A stretch of 41,420 bases of DNA from a virus. Taxonomy: Duplodnaviria > Caudoviricetes. The DNA lies in the IMG/VR virus record IMGVR_UViG_3300025270_000024, positions 1 through 41,420 of that record. One strand, 5' to 3'. The stretch's first letter is position 1, and each line of letters opens with the position of its first letter. Position numbers and translations under genes: made by a program. Under the pieces are notes generated by a model. The model worked only from the letters and a program-made list of their open reading frames with translations. It was not told the DNA's origin and did no database searches. Positions 9,089 to 16,423 of this stretch are shown in pieces.

Positions 9089-9180
9089 GGAGTACGGGGA
9101 GTACTGGGAAGGAGGTGGACTGGCGATCCACGACTGAAACCTCTCGGTTCCAGCAAACCCAGGGGGCTGCCCCGCACCCC
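9089..9180 (-). ncRNA. Putative structured sRNA (three-way junction) antisense to early-gene start motifs
   Basis: - strand fold: P1 GGGGUGCGGGG/CCCCGUACUCC (11 bp); P2 CUGGG/CCCAG; P3 CUGGAACC-GAGA-GGUUUCAG; P4 GUGGA-UCGCCAG-UCCAC; junction CUCCUU. Three G-U pairs work only on the - strand. Confidence 0.7.
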
Positions 9181-9184
9181 GAAG

Positions 9185-9754
9185 TTATTTTACATGAGTT
9201 CTGGTTCTCTTGAGTCGTGATTTTGCTCTTTCTTTCTCAAGCACTGGATTACGAGTCCAGCACTGGCAATGCTGGTAGCGTCTGTCTTGAACCTCCACCC
9301 ATCCTAAATCCCGACACGTTGGACACGCATAGGTCGGCACCTTCGGCGTGGATACCTTCATGGCGTGGTCGGCTGAGAGCGTGCGGCCAGTGAGTTTCTC
9401 CATCTGCACCACGAACTTAGCACGGGCCACCTTGATCCGCTCAACCTCGCTCCCCTCTGCATCTCTCGGTGCGTAAAGTTGCTTGAGGTCGGTGTTGGTA
9501 TCCTCGACCAGTGATTCCGCTGCAATATTGTCTGCCATGCGGAACCATGTTCCCGCATCTGGCATAAACGCGCCTGGTGTCCGTTTAAGTTCCCGTGCGG
9601 CCTGTTCAACGGCATCTATCGGCAGTTCGCCAAGCAGTTCAAAATAGGATTCATACTCAGCCTCATCATGTTCCCCTGACTTGGAAACAGCGAGGTTGTT
9701 AAATGCCTGTAGGAACCTCTGAGGCTCCCCTGACGTATAACGATGCGTCATCAC
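9185..9754 (-). CDS. Replication-associated protein (helicase-loader-like), C-terminal Zn motif
   Basis: Follows the initiator; 'YFELL.ELP...F.P.A'; CPTC...CQC. Confidence 0.55.
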   Translation of the reverse strand: MMTHRYTSGEPQRFLQAFNNLAVSKSGEHDEAEYESYFELLGELPIDAVEQAARELKRTPGAFMPDAGTWFRMADNIAAESLVEDTNTDLKQLYAPRDAEGSEVERIKVARAKFVVQMEKLTGRTLSADHAMKVSTPKVPTYACPTCRDLGWVEVQDRRYQHCQCWTRNPVLEKERAKSRLKRTRTHVK

Positions 9755-10512
9755 GATGATTCCTCCTTATGGCGCGATAAGAACCCCTCAGAGGCCGATA
9801 CGAGCGATTGTGTCTGCTTGCTGACCTTTGGGGTTGGAGTGGGTAGTTCATCCTCCCATTGCTGCTGCCGTAGCCATGTGGTCGGATGAGGGATATAGCG
9901 TTGAGCCGTTTGGTTGGCTCTCCAGTATTGGTTGTATCGCTTTGTTCCCTCGGAAATAGACTCCCATAGGTCATCGTCGGTTTCTACGTCCAGCTTATCC
10001 CATACCTTGAGAGCAGCCTGTTTCTTAGCCTTGCGGGGATATTGTCTCCACCATTCCTTAAATCTCGGATGCGTCGTTTTTTGTACTACTTGATCTTTAT
10101 TAGTACTTAATTCTTTATATAACACACCCGCCTGACGCATTCGGCTACGAGCGGTCTTTATCGTTGACGTAGTTGGCTCAGGTAGGGGTATTTTATCGTG
10201 GTAGGTAGCGACATCAATATGGCTACCCTGCACCATAATCAATTCGTACTCGTTTGGCATCCAGCCGTTCTTCTCGGTACGGTTGTGGATGACCTTCAAG
10301 CATCCCTCATCCCTAAGCGCATGTATCCACCTGTCGATGGTTTCTACCGTGACATCCATCAGGTCGGCCATCTCTGCCCTCGATAGCTCAGTGCGCTTGT
10401 TGGTATAGACCGCATGAAGATACAACCAGAGTCTAAGCGCCCCCGCTGGAATGTTTTTACTGAGAACCATCCAGAGGGGAACAACAGCTAAGGCTCCCGT
10501 CTGGAGTCTCAT
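9751..10512 (-). CDS. Phage replication initiator (N-terminal wHTH)
   Basis: 'SRAEMADLMDVTVETIDRWIHAL' HTH; 'FKEWWRQYPRK..K..A...W', 'IPHPTTWL.Q..WEDE'. Confidence 0.8.
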   Translation of the reverse strand: MRLQTGALAVVPLWMVLSKNIPAGALRLWLYLHAVYTNKRTELSRAEMADLMDVTVETIDRWIHALRDEGCLKVIHNRTEKNGWMPNEYELIMVQGSHIDVATYHDKIPLPEPTTSTIKTARSRMRQAGVLYKELSTNKDQVVQKTTHPRFKEWWRQYPRKAKKQAALKVWDKLDVETDDDLWESISEGTKRYNQYWRANQTAQRYIPHPTTWLRQQQWEDELPTPTPKVSKQTQSLVSASEGFLSRHKEESS

Positions 10513-11030
10513 CGTGTAACCAGCGTGACATCTGTCTCAACGCGACATCCTGGCATGGAGAACAAGCCACCGAATTGCTTGGCGATCTTGTTGAGCGCAG
10601 GGATATTAGGTTTTACAACATCGCTGGATACCTTGCCCTCGGCAATCGCTTTAATTAAGGCATCAACATCCTCAACAACAACACGACTAGTGGTGAGGCG
10701 ATGGTGATTGAGTTGCTCGGTGAGGGCAGCTTGATCCAGCCCGTCCTCGTTTGTGTCCTCGTATTCCTGAATCAGTACCGAGAGGCGTTCTTCTGATGGG
10801 GCCAGTTTCGCAAGGTCGGCCTTCTCCATGTCCAGTACCGTCTTACGGGTACCGTTCAGCGCATCCTTAATCGGTTTGTAGTGGCTTGTGATGGTGCGTC
10901 TCATCATCTGCACGACTGAGAGGTGTTCGCACGCCATCTGATACGTCTGCGGATCGTGAACCTCCAGCGTTACCTCGCTGATCTGGTTCAGTTGTGTCTC
11001 GACCTTCTTCGGAAGTTTCCTGATTGCCAT
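10509..11030 (-). CDS. Coiled-coil recombination-module protein (Gp157/Gam-like)
   Basis: AAGGAGG RBS before MAIRKLP; C-terminal 'N.IAK....MPGCRV'. Confidence 0.5.
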   Translation of the reverse strand: MAIRKLPKKVETQLNQISEVTLEVHDPQTYQMACEHLSVVQMMRRTITSHYKPIKDALNGTRKTVLDMEKADLAKLAPSEERLSVLIQEYEDTNEDGLDQAALTEQLNHHRLTTSRVVVEDVDALIKAIAEGKVSSDVVKPNIPALNKIAKQFGGLFSMPGCRVETDVTLVTR

Positions 11031-11562
11031 GTCTTGCCTCCTTGAGTAATTGCTGCCAGCGGTCAAAATCCCGCCTGTCATCGTAAACCTTTGTGTGCCA
11101 TGCCCCATCTGAGAGCAGGAAGATCCCTACCCTTATCACCTTCTCGAACGCCTCTGGTTTCCAACCCATTGCGTAACTCGCCAGTTGGGTGGCGATTCTG
11201 GTTTGCGCGGCCTTGCCTTTCCCTGCTCCCGTCTTCAGGTCAGCGATAACGAGGGTATCGTGGCCTCTGATGTATCCCACGCGGTCAATGAACCCGTGCC
11301 ACTCGCCGTTGTCAAACGGTTGTTCAATATGCGTCCAGCTTGGCGCGAAGGTATGACAGAACTTCTTGTATGCCTCACAGTGCCCCTCATAAGGAGATGG
11401 GGGGCGTACGGTTTCCCCCTCGTCCACCTGTTGAGTCCATCTATGCACAACCCGACCCTTGATAAGATGTTTCTCAAAACCAGGGAAATCTGGCATTGGA
11501 TAGTGGTACTGCCATACAGAACTAAACGACCACTTTGATCGCCACTTCGGAAGTTCTCTCAT
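10867..11562 (-). CDS. PD-(D/E)XK (Cas4-like) exonuclease
   Basis: 'G..VH', 'IEQPF', 'GFIDRVG', 'ADLKTG', 'QLASY'; adjacent to ERF. Confidence 0.8.
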   Translation of the reverse strand: MRELPKWRSKWSFSSVWQYHYPMPDFPGFEKHLIKGRVVHRWTQQVDEGETVRPPSPYEGHCEAYKKFCHTFAPSWTHIEQPFDNGEWHGFIDRVGYIRGHDTLVIADLKTGAGKGKAAQTRIATQLASYAMGWKPEAFEKVIRVGIFLLSDGAWHTKVYDDRRDFDRWQQLLKEARHGNQETSEEGRDTTEPDQRGNAGGSRSADVSDGVRTPLSRADDETHHHKPLQTD

Positions 11563-11566
11563 CGCC

Positions 11567-12313
11567 CTAGAACGGGATATCTTTAGCCGTAACTTCTTGC
11601 GCTTCCACGGTGAAGTTTCCCGCTTCGATCATGTTGATGATTTCCTCGTACTTCTTCCACTGGATATCTTCAAGGCCATTAAAGCCAAAGTTTTCCTTTG
11701 CATAGCCCTTAATAGACTCAACGTCAGCATCCTTGCCTTTCGCAATGGCGTACAAGCGCTTCAGTTGTTTTTCAGAGATGCACCCTGGTTTCTTATTCCC
11801 GTTCGCTTTGGGTGGAGCCGTCTGCGTTACGGGCTTGGATGGTGTTATCTCAGTCCTGTGGTTTTCTGCGTCGGGTGCTTCACCATTGCCGTTGTCGGTC
11901 ACACAGAGAAACATCTTTGCTACGAGGAATTTACTGGCTGCGGTGGTGGCCTTGTTGATGCCCTTATCGCTGGCATCTGCGCCTTCGGCACGCCACGGGA
12001 TATCAATGACTTCTCCCGTATCACCATCCATGAGTCGATAGTTCATGCTGATTGTCACAAGACCCTTCTCAGGAACACGCTCCACGCCCGTGATCGACGG
12101 GATGAGCATAATATGATTCGCCGCCATCTTGCCCCGAATGGCATCAAAGAGTTCTGGCTCCATCACATACTTATAATTGTGATGGGCGTTGTAACCCTTC
12201 ATGGGGACTTCTTCAATCTCGCCCATAATTTGAGACAGTTTAGCGACGAGTGATTTCGGTTTCCCGTTCGTTCGTTTCTTTGTTGTCTTGGGTACAGCTG
12301 CTTCTTCTACCAT
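11567..12313 (-). CDS. erf: ERF-family ssDNA annealing protein
   Basis: 'KGYN....YKYV', 'G.D.SDKG..KATTAA.K', 'ISEKQLKRLYAI'; acidic DIPF C-terminal tail. Confidence 0.85.
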   Translation of the reverse strand: MVEEAAVPKTTKKRTNGKPKSLVAKLSQIMGEIEEVPMKGYNAHHNYKYVMEPELFDAIRGKMAANHIMLIPSITGVERVPEKGLVTISMNYRLMDGDTGEVIDIPWRAEGADASDKGINKATTAASKFLVAKMFLCVTDNGNGEAPDAENHRTEITPSKPVTQTAPPKANGNKKPGCISEKQLKRLYAIAKGKDADVESIKGYAKENFGFNGLEDIQWKKYEEIINMIEAGNFTVEAQEVTAKDIPF

Positions 12314-12357
12314 GATTCCTCCTATTCAATTTTTCAACCGTTGTAATTACCGATTGA

Positions 12358-12531
12358 TTATATCCTCTTTTTCTGTTTTGTGTATGGGACGATCTCCGCA
12401 TCCAGAAAACGCTCGGCCAGTTTCTTATAAGCGTTCTCCTGGCTGGAGCCAAATGCCCCATGTAGCTCAGTCGCACCACTCGGCAGCGTTACATGAAACT
12501 GAAACTCCTTAATGTCGCTTGGCTTTGTCAT
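12358..12531 (-). CDS. Hypothetical protein (57 aa, not in ORF track)
   Basis: MTKPSDIKEFQFHVTLPSG...; ATGA overlap with the upstream ORF. Confidence 0.5.
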   Translation of the reverse strand: MTKPSDIKEFQFHVTLPSGATELHGAFGSSQENAYKKLAERFLDAEIVPYTKQKKRI

Positions 12532-12701
12532 CCTATAAACTCAGGTTGTTTTTTCAGGAAATCAATAGCCTCTTGTTTACTGGAGACACCAGTAACGATA
12601 TCGCTATAGGTCATTCCTGTCGGCAGCGTGTCGTGTTCAAGCATCGACACCAACCAGTCTCTACTCATCTTCATTGGTAATGTTTTGGGTTTTGTTGCCA
12701 T
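12528..12701 (-). CDS. Hypothetical protein (57 aa, not in ORF track)
   Basis: MATKPKTLPMKMSRDWLV...; preceded by GGAGGAACTGGCG motif. Confidence 0.6.
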   Translation of the reverse strand: MATKPKTLPMKMSRDWLVSMLEHDTLPTGMTYSDIVTGVSSKQEAIDFLKKQPEFIG

Positions 12702-12720
12702 CGCCAGTTCCTCCGTATTT

Positions 12721-12906
12721 TTACCCGTTATTTAAGTGTGGTAACAGTTTCTCTATACGCCGCAATCTGTTTTCAAGCCATTTCTCAGATACTTGATACG
12801 GTTCGCCCCAACAGTATTTCACCATGAGTTCCCCGTGGAGCCGTTCAAGCAATTCAACAAGATCACGCTTAGTAGACTTAACTGGTACTTCGCCATAACC
12901 GTGCAT
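12721..12906 (-). CDS. Hypothetical protein
   Basis: Preceded by the identical start motif and a sigma70 promoter. Confidence 0.6.
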   Translation of the reverse strand: MHGYGEVPVKSTKRDLVELLERLHGELMVKYCWGEPYQVSEKWLENRLRRIEKLLPHLNNG

Positions 12907-12948
12907 CGCCAGTTCCTCCGTATTTTTAGATAAAACAACGCTACAGTG

Positions 12949-12977
12949 ATCTTATCACAGATAGTATGGCGTGTCAA
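12949..12977 (-). promoter_or_regulatory. Sigma70-type promoter for the recombination/replication operon
   Basis: TTGACA-17 nt-TAAGAT with extended -10 TG. Confidence 0.75.
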
Positions 12978-13014
12978 TATTCGGGATTACCATTGTAATG
13001 ATTGGTTATTGGTC

Positions 13015-13335
13015 TTAATGCACTTTCAGGTCACAAGCACTCCGTAACTGCTCGTAGATATCCGCGCATAACTGCTCCTGATGTTCAGGGGCATAGCACT
13101 CAGCCATGACTTCACTGGCTACTGCGAGACAGGCCGACATGACTTGTGGCGGCGTGTAATCACCATCGCTGGCCTCACCTCGAATCGCATTGCTGAGTGT
13201 CACGATGCCCCTGACATCATCGGTGCTAATGGATAGTTCACGCGCTACCCTCCGTATGCCGGCCTCGCTCGGCTTGCCATCCTTAATCGCAAGGTTGACT
13301 GAGCCTCTCCCAAAGAACTTTTTTTTAGTCGGCAT
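13015..13335 (-). CDS. Hypothetical protein
   Basis: MPTKKKFFGRG start overlapping the upstream gene end. Confidence 0.5.
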   Translation of the reverse strand: MPTKKKFFGRGSVNLAIKDGKPSEAGIRRVARELSISTDDVRGIVTLSNAIRGEASDGDYTPPQVMSACLAVASEVMAECYAPEHQEQLCADIYEQLRSACDLKVH

Positions 13336-13690
13336 TTTTCCGTGGCCTTTCGTTCTGATCGTACTCAACGTGGATATGGTTATAGTGGCCCGGACTGTTC
13401 CAGATAACATCGTAGCCGTAACCAAGATGGGATTTGAAGTGCTTCGCCAGCGTCCCCATCGCCCTCTTGTTTGGCGTTCCGTTTTTTGTTTTTGAAAGCA
13501 CTTGGAAATCCACGGCCAAGTCGCTGTAGTGGAGACTGTTGTTGCTATGGGTATGGTCGTTTAACGAACTGATACGGATGTTATATCCGCTCTTGTTACT
13601 CCAGGCAGCAGCAGTTTTGAGGATGCGGATCAGTTCATCCGGTACTGTCTTGAGTGATAGCGCCTCGCGCAAGCCATCAAAGTCAATCAT
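13325..13690 (-). CDS. Peptidase M15-type Zn peptidoglycan hydrolase (candidate endolysin)
   Basis: 'ISSLNDH.H..NSLHY..LAVDF' and 'NHIHVEYD' (LAS/M15 motifs). Confidence 0.75.
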   Translation of the reverse strand: MIDFDGLREALSLKTVPDELIRILKTAAAWSNKSGYNIRISSLNDHTHSNNSLHYSDLAVDFQVLSKTKNGTPNKRAMGTLAKHFKSHLGYGYDVIWNSPGHYNHIHVEYDQNERPRKNAD

Positions 13691-13934
13691 TCGCAGTTCC
13701 TCCCGTGCGAAAGGGTGGCACCGCCAAACCGGAATCCCGTAGGTTATCCCGTATTGCGGCCAGCACTTCAGTCTGGTTCTGGATATCCTCCCGAATGTCG
13801 TTCAGGCTTCGTTGTGTGATGTCCTCTTGGTTCTGAGCGAACAGAACGAGCAGGAGCGCGAGTAGCGCGTAAGGTATCAGTTGGAAGACTGTTGCTTTTA
13901 GTTCTTGATAAATAAGCACGGTGTTTCCTTTCAT
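13683..13934 (-). CDS. Single-TM plus coiled-coil protein
   Basis: 'LIPYALLALLLVLFA' followed by heptads; immediately upstream of the M15 peptidase. Confidence 0.55.
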   Translation of the reverse strand: MKGNTVLIYQELKATVFQLIPYALLALLLVLFAQNQEDITQRSLNDIREDIQNQTEVLAAIRDNLRDSGLAVPPFRTGGTAND

Positions 13935-14018
13935 GTTCGAGAGTTCTTACCATGTCTTCTTCAGATTCAAGTGCTTCAATGAACTTCATGCGATTGTATT
14001 GATCGGGCGGGTATACAC

Positions 14019-14339
14019 TCACTTTGCCCTCCAGACGACAGAGCGCCGACCGTCAAGCACCCGCGTACCAGATTCTTCAATCAGATCGGCCTTGAGCAGT
14101 TCAATACGTCGTGGGCGCTCGGTATCACCGGCCATACCAGTGAGGATCTGCACCTCTTTGTCTGTGAGGCCATCAGGAGATCCCTTGATCGCCTCGTAGA
14201 CTTTTCGTTGTGATGGCCCAATGGTCGGATGTTTCTTCAGTGCGGCCTCTAAGCTCGTTCGCTTGAGTAGGTCGGACACGCCTCCATATGGGAGGCTCAG
14301 GGCATCAAATAGCTCGTCGGTATCAGGTTTCATCGTCAT
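14019..14339 (-). CDS. Winged HTH DNA-binding protein
   Basis: 'RKVYEAI...DGLTDKEV.....T.RPRR.EL...LIE..GTR.....R...VW'. Confidence 0.65.
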   Translation of the reverse strand: MTMKPDTDELFDALSLPYGGVSDLLKRTSLEAALKKHPTIGPSQRKVYEAIKGSPDGLTDKEVQILTGMAGDTERPRRIELLKADLIEESGTRVLDGRRSVVWRAK

Positions 14340-14493
14340 CATCCTCCACTTCAATAGACCAATCTTCGAGGTATGCAGCACAATACCCGCTGGTGGCAGC
14401 AAAACAGAGGGCAATGAACCACATTTCTATATCAAGCCACATAAGGGCCACGGCAATACCGCCCGATACCGCGCTACCGAGCAGGTATCGCAT
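14323..14493 (-). CDS. Small membrane protein (56 aa, not in ORF track)
   Basis: MRYLLGSAVSGGIAVALMWLDIEMWFIALCFAA...; acidic tail. Confidence 0.45.
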   Translation of the reverse strand: MRYLLGSAVSGGIAVALMWLDIEMWFIALCFAATSGYCAAYLEDWSIEVEDDDDET

Positions 14494-14659
14494 TGACTTT
14501 ATCCACCGTATCTAAGAAATCGTTCAGACACATGGTTAGTACGCTGGCCCTTGATAACTTACCAGGGCAGAGTGGCTGTTCTTTCTTGATGTAGTCATCA
14601 AGCCTGTTGATTGTGTCAATCGGGATCTTGGCCTGTAGCAGTCTCACGTTATCGTTCAT
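14474..14659 (-). CDS. Ribbon-helix-helix DNA-binding protein
   Basis: 'LLQAKIP...INRLD......SRASVL...L..FL'. Confidence 0.6.
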   Translation of the reverse strand: MNDNVRLLQAKIPIDTINRLDDYIKKEQPLCPGKLSRASVLTMCLNDFLDTVDKVNAIPAR

Positions 14660-14904
14660 TACTTCCCTCCAAACTGATTACGGATGATTTCTTCTTGATT
14701 CGGTAATGCCTCGTCAAGTTGTTTTTCTGTGCCTGGGTGCTGTTCTAATAGTTCCTTTCTCGCGCATGGTTCGCATTTCTGACCGTAGGGGTTGGTTATC
14801 CAGTGATTTAATGCCTGTACTCGGTACGTTGTCTTAAAATCATTACCGCAGCACGTACAGGGCTGTTGCATGTTCTCACGCCAACCCATGATGTAGTTAC
14901 CCAT
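14659..14904 (-). CDS. Zn-finger hypothetical protein
   Basis: CTCC...CEPC. Confidence 0.5.
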   Translation of the reverse strand: MGNYIMGWRENMQQPCTCCGNDFKTTYRVQALNHWITNPYGQKCEPCARKELLEQHPGTEKQLDEALPNQEEIIRNQFGGK

Positions 14905-15202
14905 CTTCGCCTCTTCTTACCGAGTCAACGATAAATCCTTCTTTGATGTCAGCGAAAAATCCGTTTAGAGCGCAGTACTCCTCGAAACTCTCGTCAGTGA
15001 GATTGCTTCGCCGTTGACTCGCCAGCCACGACTGGTAATCTTCTGTCTCGGAAATCTCCTGAAAAAACTCACGTTCTACAGACTCGGCTGTTGAGATATC
15101 AGGGCAATACGTCACTTCCGTATCAGTCGGGCATCTCCGCTCGTAATCGGTAAATCCCCCGTTCTCGTCTGTTAACGTGACAATGTATATTTTTTGTGCC
15201 AT
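14897..15202 (-). CDS. Acidic hypothetical early protein
   Basis: GGGAG RBS. Confidence 0.55.
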   Translation of the reverse strand: MAQKIYIVTLTDENGGFTDYERRCPTDTEVTYCPDISTAESVEREFFQEISETEDYQSWLASQRRSNLTDESFEEYCALNGFFADIKEGFIVDSVRRGEDG

Positions 15203-15213
15203 AGTTTCTCCCT

Positions 15214-15228
15214 TTTCAACTGTTGAAA
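15214..15228. promoter_or_regulatory. Palindromic operator TTTCAAC-N-GTTGAAA (also 15826-15840 and 17167-17181; degenerate at 12332-12346 and 18209)
   Basis: Perfect 7-bp inverted repeat recurring in intergenic or gene-end positions. Confidence 0.65.
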
Positions 15229-15287
15229 GATTAGGTCAATCGACCTACCGTGCTGCTAAGTTCGCTACAGATGCACGTTTTTAGCAC

Positions 15288-15611
15288 TTATCGCACCTGT
15301 TTGGACGTTTTACACTCGACCTTCCACGTATCCAGGTCAATCACGACAGAGGCTCTCCCATCGCCTCCATACTCATCTTCACAGTCCGGAGAGAACATCA
15401 CGCCGCTTCCCGTTTCGCTATCTCTCGAATGACTGGTGAGTATTAAGTGATCGAGTATTCTCCGAAGCGCATAAGAGTGATCGTCCTTCCGAGGGAGCGC
15501 AAGCCTCAAGGCGTCCTTCGCATCCTCTGGTAACTGATGGCCGTACCAGTGTGTATAGAAGTACAGTGACTTACCCTCTGTCTTGATCTGAGCCATTCTT
15601 CTGTCACCCAT
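15288..15611 (-). CDS. Hypothetical early protein
   Basis: 'MGDRR....LYFYTHWYG' start; GGAGG RBS. Confidence 0.6.
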   Translation of the reverse strand: MGDRRMAQIKTEGKSLYFYTHWYGHQLPEDAKDALRLALPRKDDHSYALRRILDHLILTSHSRDSETGSGVMFSPDCEDEYGGDGRASVVIDLDTWKVECKTSKQVR

Positions 15612-15788
15612 TTACTTGTCCTCCGTAATACCAAGTTCGTTGTTGATGAGGGTATCAAGCTGTTTCTTGACTTCTGGTTTATCGTCAAGCCCCATGATGA
15701 CAATGTGATCGTCTTTCCAGTGTTTTAAGCGATCTTGTCGGAAAGACTCCACGACACTATCCGTTGCGTTTTCTGTTTTGTTTTTCAT
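15612..15788 (-). CDS. Hypothetical protein (58 aa, not in ORF track)
   Basis: MKNKTENATDSVVESF...; start motif AAGGAGTAACTGGCGATG. Confidence 0.6.
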   Translation of the reverse strand: MKNKTENATDSVVESFRQDRLKHWKDDHIVIMGLDDKPEVKKQLDTLINNELGITEDK

Positions 15789-15827
15789 CGCCAGTTACTC
15801 CTTTTGCTTGTTTATTATAGTGTATTT

Positions 15828-16067
15828 TCAACTGTTGAAAGGTTTAGATAGCTTATTGAACTCTGCCATTGCTTTAGCTGCAGCTTCGGCGCTCCCTTCT
15901 TCGGACTCTCCTGTAGCAGTAACCATTTGACGCATACTGCCATCCATCATGCGGTGATACCGACCGCTACGAATAGCTGCAACAAATGTTTTTGTATCGT
16001 GGTCAAATACTACTTCTATATTTCTGGTGTTAAAATTCCAGTCCCGCATTTCAAAGTTTTCAGTCAT
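15828..16067 (-). CDS. Hypothetical early protein
   Basis: Start motif AAGGAGTAACTGGCGATG. Confidence 0.6.
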   Translation of the reverse strand: MTENFEMRDWNFNTRNIEVVFDHDTKTFVAAIRSGRYHRMMDGSMRQMVTATGESEEGSAEAAAKAMAEFNKLSKPFNS

Positions 16068-16081
16068 CGCCAGTTACTCCT

Positions 16082-16423
16082 TTAATGGTTTAGTTCTCTG
16101 CGTTCTCGTGCAGCTGTACCGCGTACATGCTTCTCTTCTCGGATTCGTTCGTAGTCCTTCGGATACACCAGGACGGTGCAGGTCGGGTAGACATTTCTAC
16201 CTTTTCTTCTGATCGTGTTCTTTTCAAGTACCGCGTCTGCTTCTACGCCGTCAGCAGAAGAGACTTTGATGGTAAAGGTATGTTGGCCTGTTTTCTGGCC
16301 GTACGATTCTTTGACAATCAACCCTTCAATCGTGCGCTCGCCCTCATACACGGCATTCGGGTATCTGCCGCTGTAGACGTTTTCTCTGAATTTGATTGTG
16401 CAGCCAGTTGTCAGATCCTTCAT
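16082..16423 (-). CDS. Hypothetical early protein
   Basis: 'VKESYG..TGQHTFT', 'RKGRNVY', 'EKH.RG..AR'. Confidence 0.6.
   Translation of the reverse strand: MKDLTTGCTIKFRENVYSGRYPNAVYEGERTIEGLIVKESYGQKTGQHTFTIKVSSADGVEADAVLEKNTIRRKGRNVYPTCTVLVYPKDYERIREEKHVRGTAARERRELNH

Noticed and set aside
9089-9180. tRNA gene
   Set aside because: Three-way junction with no T-loop (GTTCGA), D-arm or CCA end.
10075-10125. Replication origin within the initiator gene
   Set aside because: An AT-rich patch is present at the typical place, but no clear iterons could be identified.
11597-12253. Long antisense ORFs (e.g. 11597-12253 +, 19547-20014 -, 28048-28557 -)
   Set aside because: Shadows of well-supported genes on the opposite strand, with no RBS or recognisable motifs.
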